From Desulfobacterales bacterium (GTDB lineage: Bacteria > Desulfobacterota > Desulfobacteria > Desulfobacterales > UBA5852), in NCBI GenBank assembly GCA_963674755.2, contig CAXXVS010000003.1, forward strand, positions 2,528,001 to 2,592,000: DNA of 64,000 nt, given 5' to 3'. The notes beneath the pieces were generated by a model. The model was not told the DNA's origin. It searched no databases and worked only from the letters and a program-made list of their open reading frames with translations. The position numbers were made by a program, and so were the translations under genes. How positions within the stretch are numbered: position 1 is the stretch's first letter; each line of letters begins with the position of its first letter. This document shows positions 57,298 to 64,000 of the stretch, in pieces.

Positions 57298-60200
57298 TTT
57301 TAATCCTAGTATGACACATTCCGGCGACAGCCCCTCAGCCACTTTCGGCGCCAGGGGGTTTTCCGGTTTCACCAGGAAAACCCGCGCGGCGTCCACCTTG
57401 CCGGATTTCAGCAGATAGTCCTGGACGGCTTGGGCCCGGGCATAGGCCAGATCCTCCAGCTGGGGGGTGCCCACTTCGATGTGCTGCCGGATCAGGGCTT
57501 CGGCCTCCTTGGGCGGCAGGGTTTTTTCCATGCCGATGAAGTTGGTGGGTTTTTTGAAGGTTTCGGCCTTGTAGGCGGCCTGCAGGAGATCGTCATATTC
57601 TTCCGGGGCGATGACGATGTCCTCCAGCGGGGGGCTGGGCTTGCCCTCGTCAGCCAGTTGCAGCGCTTTCTGGGCTTGCAGCTTGCGCTTGAAGAGGATT
57701 TCGGACAGGGCCGGGGTGTCGCCGGCCGGATCGGCGAAACCGGAGATGTCCACCTGCAGGGCCGGGCGGTCGTAGAGCACTTTGGCCAGCTCATCGAGCT
57801 TGGCGGTGGTCTCGGGCGTCAGCTTGGCCGTGCCGGGGTCAAAGGCCAGGTGGTCCGGGTGGGCGCTTTCGAAGAGTCCCCCCAGCAGGGTGAAGGGCGA
57901 GGTGGCCGCCTTGACAATGAGATTGACGAAGGCCTGCAGGACGATGCCGCCGATGGAAAAGTCGGGGTCGTTCATGTTGCCGGAGACCGGCAGATTGATG
58001 TGGATGTCGCCGCGCCGGTCCTTCAACAGGGCTACGGCCAGGTCCACCGGCAGCCCCAGGTCGTCCGGGCTTTTCACCTTCTGACCGAAATTGAACTGGT
58101 CGATCTGAATATCGTGGTTGGCTTTCAGGGTCTGATGTTCGATGAGATAGGTGGTTTTGACGGTCAGCTTGCCCTGGCTGATGGTGCGGCCTACGTAGCG
58201 GCCCGAATAAGGGCTGGCGGCGGTGAGATCCAACTGCCGGAGGTTCAGGGTCAGGTCGGCATACATATCGCCCTTCAGGGGCTGGATCTGTCCGGAAATG
58301 GATACCGGGGCATTGCCGGCCACGCGTCCCTTGATATCCACCTTGGCGGGCTGGGCGGCCTCCGAAGACAGGCCGGTAATGGCGGCCGACACCGCTGAAA
58401 TGCTGATCTGGAAACCGGGCTTGAAACTGCGGTCGGCAAAAACGAGGTCACCCCCGTTGCTCCGGAGCGCGTGAATGGTGATGGGCACCGGCGCTGAACT
58501 TGCGGCCGGCCCGGAGGAGGTTGCGGCGGCCGGTGCGGGGGTGGCCGGACGCTCCGATTCGGGCTCGGCGGCCACCGCCAGGTTGAGGCGGCCCTTTTCG
58601 TCGATCAGGACCCGGCTGAAAGGCTTCTCCAGGCGGATCTCATCGATGGTGACAAAGGTCGGATTGACCCCGATATCCATACCGCTCGCATTGAGGGCCT
58701 GCCAGGTCACAAAAGGCTGGGCCCCCCGGCGGTCCAGGGTGCGGAAGTTCCGTACCGCGGCCTGGCCCTTGTAGACGATGGAAGGGGCCCCCTTCTCGTC
58801 GGTCTTCAGGGTGAGGTCGCCCGCCAGGGCCAGGTCGCCGTCGGCCAGGACCACGCCGATGTAAGGTTTGATAAAGGGGTAGAAGGCCGCCAGGCCTATC
58901 TGGTCCAAGGTCAGGTGGGCGTCCGCGCTCAGGGGCTGCACCGTCAGGGTCGTGCGGGTCGTGAGGTGCCCGGTCTCGTTGATGCGGCAGCTCAGGTCCA
59001 GAGCGGTCCGGGTAGCGGGGCGAGTCGAGAAGTCGGTGACGGCCAGATCGATGGCGTCCACGGTAACACGGACCGGATCGTCCGGCACGAGGTTGACCCC
59101 CCGGAAGGCATAGTCCGTCAGATTCACCTGTCCGACATCCACTTGCCAGGGCTCTCCGGCCGGAGCGGGGGGCGCATCGCCGGCCGCTGGGGGGGGCAGC
59201 AGGATATCCAGATTCAGAACGCCGTCCGCCAGCCGGCGCAGCTCGAAGGCGCCTTCCCGGCCCGTCACCGTGCCCACCTGGACCGCCTGACGGTCCACGT
59301 CGATGGCGGTCCGCGCCACTGAGAAATGGGGAATCGCGATCATGGTGTGATCCTGCAGGGCCTGGTTCGCGCCGGCGGCCGGTGCGGATTTGAGGTCCCT
59401 GATCTGCAGGCGGGCCCCTTCCAGGGTGATCTGGGCGATTTTCACCACGGGCGGCGGGAGGTTGATTTTGCGGAAGACCTCCCTCATCGGGAGCGCTTGG
59501 CTGGTGCGCACGATGCGTTCCGTGGGCAGCCGTGTAATCGTGAAGGCGGGATTTTGCAGCAGGATCTGCTGGAAGCGGACGATGCCCTCCCAGGGCTCCA
59601 GGTCGGCGAGCTCGAGGCGGAGCTGATCGAGCTGCAGCATGGGGCGCCCGGCCCCGTCCTCCAGGGCCAGGTTGTGCAGGGCGATCAGCCCGGCGGTGCG
59701 GAAGGAATGGCGCCCGTCCTCGAAGGCTTGGTAGGTCAGGGCGAGATTGATATCCAGCAGGCCGGATTGGATGCGGATATCGGCTTCCGGGGGAACGTAA
59801 GGCATGTAGGCGGCCAGATCGATGCCCTGCAGGTCGAGGGTGAGATCGGTTTCCCGGGAGCCGGCAAAGGGCTTGACCTGCCCATGCAGGCTGAAGGGCG
59901 TGCCGTTGATGGTCGCATAGAGGTGTGGATCCACGAAAATATTGATGCGGGACGGCAGGTTGGAAAGAAAGGGGACGGCGATGTCGATATCGGTGATGTG
60001 GTGGGTCTTGCCGCGGATGTCGTCCTGGAAGCGAATTTCACTGCGGATCAGCTGGATATTGTTAATGGAGAAACGGAAGGGATCCGCAGCTTTTTTATCC
60101 TCGGCCGGTGCCGGCGCTTCGGTACCCGATGTGGCCTCCAGCAGATCGGAGAAATTCCAGCGATGGTCCTTGTGGAGCTCCAGGGAGGCGTAGAGGCCGT

Positions 60201-60543
60201 CCAGACGGAACTCTTTGATCACCGGCGCCCACCTGAAGAGGGAGACGGACTGCAGGTTGACATAGAGCTCCCGGAAGGCGGCCAGCCTGTTTTGCCCGCC
60301 GGGTTCCAAGACCTCCATATTGCGGACGGTGGCCGACAGGGTATAGGGGTTCAGGCGCACGGCTTCGATGCGCACGTCCCGGTGCAAAACCTTATGCAGC
60401 TGGCGGACGGCCACCGCACGCACGATGGGCGGCAGCACGAGAAACCCGATCAGCGTGTAGAGCAATACGCCCAGAACGGCTGCCAAGAGGAGTTTTTGCC
60501 GGCGGGTCAGGGCCTTGAACCGTGCTGCCATCTGATTTGTCAT
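57295..60543 (-). CDS. DUF748 (AsmA-like) membrane-anchored protein with OmpA-like C-terminus
   Basis: N-terminal TM; LNPYTL; repeated beta-rich units; LAVALLKDRRGDIHINLPVSG; LAYARAQAVQDYL. Confidence 0.88.
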   Translation of the reverse strand: MTNQMAARFKALTRRQKLLLAAVLGVLLYTLIGFLVLPPIVRAVAVRQLHKVLHRDVRIEAVRLNPYTLSATVRNMEVLEPGGQNRLAAFRELYVNLQSVSLFRWAPVIKEFRLDGLYASLELHKDHRWNFSDLLEATSGTEAPAPAEDKKAADPFRFSINNIQLIRSEIRFQDDIRGKTHHITDIDIAVPFLSNLPSRINIFVDPHLYATINGTPFSLHGQVKPFAGSRETDLTLDLQGIDLAAYMPYVPPEADIRIQSGLLDINLALTYQAFEDGRHSFRTAGLIALHNLALEDGAGRPMLQLDQLRLELADLEPWEGIVRFQQILLQNPAFTITRLPTERIVRTSQALPMREVFRKINLPPPVVKIAQITLEGARLQIRDLKSAPAAGANQALQDHTMIAIPHFSVARTAIDVDRQAVQVGTVTGREGAFELRRLADGVLNLDILLPPPAAGDAPPAPAGEPWQVDVGQVNLTDYAFRGVNLVPDDPVRVTVDAIDLAVTDFSTRPATRTALDLSCRINETGHLTTRTTLTVQPLSADAHLTLDQIGLAAFYPFIKPYIGVVLADGDLALAGDLTLKTDEKGAPSIVYKGQAAVRNFRTLDRRGAQPFVTWQALNASGMDIGVNPTFVTIDEIRLEKPFSRVLIDEKGRLNLAVAAEPESERPATPAPAAATSSGPAASSAPVPITIHALRSNGGDLVFADRSFKPGFQISISAVSAAITGLSSEAAQPAKVDIKGRVAGNAPVSISGQIQPLKGDMYADLTLNLRQLDLTAASPYSGRYVGRTISQGKLTVKTTYLIEHQTLKANHDIQIDQFNFGQKVKSPDDLGLPVDLAVALLKDRRGDIHINLPVSGNMNDPDFSIGGIVLQAFVNLIVKAATSPFTLLGGLFESAHPDHLAFDPGTAKLTPETTAKLDELAKVLYDRPALQVDISGFADPAGDTPALSEILFKRKLQAQKALQLADEGKPSPPLEDIVIAPEEYDDLLQAAYKAETFKKPTNFIGMEKTLPPKEAEALIRQHIEVGTPQLEDLAYARAQAVQDYLLKSGKVDAARVFLVKPENPLAPKVAEGLSPECVILGLK

Positions 60544-60827
60544 GATGCGGAGAGCTCCTTGGGGGTGGGGAAAACGCTTCGGAACCAGAAATGCGCTATG
60601 GCCAATATGGGGATTTCCCCGCTAACAAGTCAAGCCGGAAATACTGCGCCCATCATGCTCCGTCAGCGCTCTCCGGCCGGAGCCCGCCGGTTGACAGCCC
60701 CTGTAAAACATCATATGCGAGGCTATCCCAAAACTTAGGATTTCCGTTTGCGATCGAGGCGAGGCCGGTGGAGATAGGCTTCTCCGAGATTCTGTGCGAT
60801 GGATGGCTGTGTGATATCATGATGCTT

Positions 60828-61820
60828 ATGTCTTTCCGCCCGCGTCGCGTATTCGCGATGCTGCTCTTGCTTTTAACAGGCGCGGCCCTGCTGGCCGCCT
60901 GCTCCCGCGACGATACGGCCGTGCCCATCGACCTGTCCGTGCGGGAGGAAGTGGCCATGCCGCCGGAGACCGACCAGGTCCTCACCTACGCCTATCTGCC
61001 GCAATTTTCCCACACCGTCAGTTTCCAGCGCCACCATCTCCTGATTCGCTATCTGGAGGCCCAAACCGGGCTGCGCATCCGCCAGGTGTTCCCGGACACC
61101 TTTGACGAACACATGCGGATGGTGGGGCAGGGGAGCATCGACATTTCGTTCTCCAATCCCCTGATCTATGTCCGCATGGCCGAGGCCTACTGCACGCGGG
61201 CCTTCGCCCGGGTGATCGAGGAGGACGGGCAGGAGCGCTTCCGGGGCGAGATTATCGTCCGTTCCGATAACCCGGCTGTCCAGACCCTGGCGGACTGCCG
61301 CGGCAAACGCTGGATTGCCGTGGATCCGTCCTCGGCCGGCGGGTATCTCTATCCCCTGGGGCATTTCCTGGCCAACGGCATCCAGCCCTCCGACTTCTCC
61401 GAAATCGCCTTCGCCCCCGGTCCGGGGGGCAAGCAGGAAAAGGTGATCCTATCGGTCTACGCCGGTCAGTACGATATCGGCTCGGTGCGCGAGGGGGCCC
61501 TGGAGGTGGTGGCAGACAAGGTGGACCGTTCCAAGATCCGGGTGCTGGCCCGCACCCGATGGTACCCGGGATGGGTCTACGCAGCCCGGGCCGATCTGGA
61601 TCCCGCCAAGGTCGCCGCGGTGGCCCGGGCACTCATCGCCCTCGATATGAAGAAGCCCGACGATCGCCACATTCTGGAAAACGCCCATATGACCGGCATC
61701 ATCGCTTCCAGCGACCGGGATTTCGATTCGGTGCGCGAATTATGGGGCCGGGTCGCCGATCTGCAGCACCGCTGCTCCAATCGCGCGCCTCTCGATACCA
61801 CCATGGATCGGGCCAACTAG
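60828..61820 (+). CDS. PhnD-like phosphate/phosphonate-binding lipoprotein
   Basis: LLAAC lipobox; VDPSSAGGYLYP; DRDFDSVR; exact start uncertain (60819-60858). Confidence 0.82.
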   Translation: MSFRPRRVFAMLLLLLTGAALLAACSRDDTAVPIDLSVREEVAMPPETDQVLTYAYLPQFSHTVSFQRHHLLIRYLEAQTGLRIRQVFPDTFDEHMRMVGQGSIDISFSNPLIYVRMAEAYCTRAFARVIEEDGQERFRGEIIVRSDNPAVQTLADCRGKRWIAVDPSSAGGYLYPLGHFLANGIQPSDFSEIAFAPGPGGKQEKVILSVYAGQYDIGSVREGALEVVADKVDRSKIRVLARTRWYPGWVYAARADLDPAKVAAVARALIALDMKKPDDRHILENAHMTGIIASSDRDFDSVRELWGRVADLQHRCSNRAPLDTTMDRAN

Positions 61821-61834
61821 GACCATTTACGGGC

Positions 61835-63724
61835 ATGATACCCTTCCTGAGCAAAGCCGGCATCCGCACCAAAATCAACCTGGGCATCATGACCATCGTC
61901 CTCGTTTCGGTGCTCCTGATCGCGCTTTCGGCCAGCCAGATCGTCAGCCGGGCCCTGTTCCTGGAATATCGCAACCGGGGCATTTCCCTGGCCGTCAACC
62001 TGGCCGCCCGCAGCGAAGACCCGATCCTGGCCATGGATTTTTTGCGGATGCGCAGCCTGATCGGCGAGGTCACCTCCTCGGCCGGGGACATCCTGTATGC
62101 CTTCATCCAGGACCCCGACGGCGAGGTTCTCAGTCATACCTTCAACGGCGGTTTCCCCGTGCAGCTCAAAGCCGCCAACGCCGTGCAAAACACCCAGCGC
62201 TGCCATGTCAAGCTGTTTTCCTCAGGGGAAAACCAATTCTATGATTTCGCCGCCCCGGTCATGGTGGGGGAATTCCAGGTGGGGACGATTCGCCTGGGAT
62301 TACTGCGCACCCAGGTAACGGCCACCGTCAAGGAATTGTGGTGGGCTATCTTCGCCTTTGCCATTCTTTCCGTCATTGTGTCGGACACGGTGGGGTTCGC
62401 CCTGGCCCGCAATCTCACCAGCCGGATCAAGCGGCTGCAGGCGGCATCGGAGGACATGCTCAAGGGGCATCGCGAAGGCGGCGATCTTCCGGCGGCGCTA
62501 CCGGCCCCTGAGGGGACGCCCGCGGTTCCCCCCAAACGGTCCGGCGATGAAATCCACCAGCTGGCCGAAACGTTTGACGCCATGACGGCCGCCATCAAAC
62601 GCTATATCGAACAGCTGGCGGCCTCCAAAGCCGTACTGGCGAAATCGGAGACCAAGTATCGCCGCATTTTCGAAGATTCCATGGATTTGATCTTCGTGGC
62701 CGACCAAAACGGCCGGCTGAAGGACATCAACCCCGCCGGCGTGCGTATGCTGGGCTACGAATCCCATCGCGAGCTGGCCCGCCGGCAGAACCTGACCACC
62801 ATCATCGAACACCCCGAAGAAGCCCGGGAATTGATTGCCGAAATCCGACGTGTCGGGTTCATCAAGGACCGCGAGTGCATGCTGCGGACCCGCACCGGCG
62901 GCGAGCTGGCCGCCCTGCTCAGCATGACGACCCGCAGCGATGCCTCGGGGTTGGTGATGGAATACGAGGGCATCGTCAAAGACATCACCCAGCACAAATT
63001 GATGCATCGCCAGCTGCTGCAGGCGGATCGGCTGGCTTCCCTGGGGCAGCTGGCGGCGGGGGTGGCCCATGAAATCAACAACCCGCTGGGGCTCATCCTG
63101 GGTTATACCCAGCTGTTGCTGCGGGAGGGCGCCGCCGCCGACGGGGTGACGGAGGACCTGCGGACCATCGAAAAACAGACCCGCAATTGCAAAAAGATTG
63201 TGGAGGATCTGCTCAACTTCGCGCGCAAATCCGGCACCTACCTCTCGGAAGTCAAAGTCAATCAGGCCCTGGATGCGGTGATCGACGTCGTCCGCAAACA
63301 GCTGGAGCTGGACAATATCGTGATTCGAACCCGCTACGATGAGAATCTGCCTGAGATCGCCGGGGATACCGAAAAACTCAAGCAGGTGTTCCTGAACATG
63401 CTCATCAACGCCCGCCAGGCCATCGGCAAGAACGGCGAAATCGTCATCACAACAGGCGTTGACCCGGAGCGCCCGTCTGTGGTTATTACCTTCCGGGATG
63501 ACGGGCCGGGCATCGCGCCCAACATCCTGGACAAGATTTTCGATCCCTTTTTCACCACCAAGCCCACCGGCCAGGGAACGGGATTGGGGTTATCCGTGAG
63601 TTACGGGATTGTCGAGGACCACCAGGGTGACATTAAGGTGTCGAGCGTGGTCGGCGCCGGAGCGCAATTCCGCATCCGGCTGCCCATCGGCAAGCAACCA
63701 TCGTATCCGGAAGGCGATTCATGA
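61835..63724 (+). CDS. HAMP-PAS sensor histidine kinase (NtrB-like)
   Basis: Two TM helices; GDEI HAMP; PAS; GVAHEINNPL, NARQA, DDGPG, FDPFFTTK, GTGLGL. Confidence 0.95.
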   Translation: MIPFLSKAGIRTKINLGIMTIVLVSVLLIALSASQIVSRALFLEYRNRGISLAVNLAARSEDPILAMDFLRMRSLIGEVTSSAGDILYAFIQDPDGEVLSHTFNGGFPVQLKAANAVQNTQRCHVKLFSSGENQFYDFAAPVMVGEFQVGTIRLGLLRTQVTATVKELWWAIFAFAILSVIVSDTVGFALARNLTSRIKRLQAASEDMLKGHREGGDLPAALPAPEGTPAVPPKRSGDEIHQLAETFDAMTAAIKRYIEQLAASKAVLAKSETKYRRIFEDSMDLIFVADQNGRLKDINPAGVRMLGYESHRELARRQNLTTIIEHPEEARELIAEIRRVGFIKDRECMLRTRTGGELAALLSMTTRSDASGLVMEYEGIVKDITQHKLMHRQLLQADRLASLGQLAAGVAHEINNPLGLILGYTQLLLREGAAADGVTEDLRTIEKQTRNCKKIVEDLLNFARKSGTYLSEVKVNQALDAVIDVVRKQLELDNIVIRTRYDENLPEIAGDTEKLKQVFLNMLINARQAIGKNGEIVITTGVDPERPSVVITFRDDGPGIAPNILDKIFDPFFTTKPTGQGTGLGLSVSYGIVEDHQGDIKVSSVVGAGAQFRIRLPIGKQPSYPEGDS

Positions 63725-64000
63725 AACCGCGGTTGCTGATCGTGGATGATGAAAGCGACATGCTGCGTCTGCTGAGCCGCAGTGTGAGCAAAGCGCTCGA
63801 CTGCCAGGTCAAGACGGCGGACAGCGGCGAAGCGGCGCTGCGCCTTTTCGATCCCCAGGCCTTCGATCTCGTTCTGCTGGATATCCGTATGGCCGGCATC
63901 GACGGGATGGCGGTCCTGGAAGAGATCCAGGCCCGGGCGCCGGGGTTTACGGTGGTCATGATGACGGCCTACGGGGCCATCGAGGTGGCTGTGGAAGCCC
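63721..64000 (+). CDS. Response regulator, N-terminal receiver (runs off the window)
   Basis: ATGA overlap with the kinase; LLIVDDE, LVLLDIRM, MMTAYG. Confidence 0.9.
   Translation, partial: MKPRLLIVDDESDMLRLLSRSVSKALDCQVKTADSGEAALRLFDPQAFDLVLLDIRMAGIDGMAVLEEIQARAPGFTVVMMTAYGAIEVAVEA

Noticed and set aside
1..64000. Many long alternative-frame or antisense ORFs (e.g. 38145-40100, 17330-18802, 59326-60738, 4598-5803)
   Set aside because: Shadows of real high-GC genes with no motifs; expected from codon bias
1..64000. CRISPR array, tRNA, rRNA, transposase or integron integrase
   Set aside because: No regularly spaced repeats, cloverleaf, rRNA-like sequence, or DDE, HUH or tyrosine-recombinase motifs seen

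Overview
GC-rich bacterial chromosomal window. The gene content (Desulfovibrio-type bacterioferritin, CooC, DUF3786, DUF1847, DUF748, sigma54 regulators) suggests a sulfate-reducing Desulfobacterota; that assignment is inference. It holds about 55 CDS and no recognisable rRNA, tRNA, CRISPR array, transposase or integrase. Ordinary content: two orphan chemoreceptors plus cheW, a Fur/PerR-bacterioferritin locus, znuACB-zur, CooC, a Ski2-like helicase, a U32 protein, an acyl-CoA ligase and a PhnD-like/histidine kinase/response regulator module. Main candidate for an undescribed system: a sigma54-driven, tightly coupled operon at 22.5-27.8 kb. It encodes a 63-aa charged peptide, a GNAT/Fem-like transferase, an ATP-grasp ligase, a fold-III PLP decarboxylase, a C39-like cysteine peptidase and a minimal kinase, divergent from a pseudo-receiver enhancer-binding protein; this looks like a peptide-modification or RiPP-like pathway. 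Also notable: (i) a 10-kb run of co-oriented unrelated genes (41-52 kb) with one well-formed and several decayed attC-like sites but no integrase; (ii) a family of MITE/REP-like elements that grow by nested hairpin inserts and often overlap host stop codons; (iii) small, easily missed ORFs and gene remnants. All calls come from reading motifs by eye; no database searches were run.
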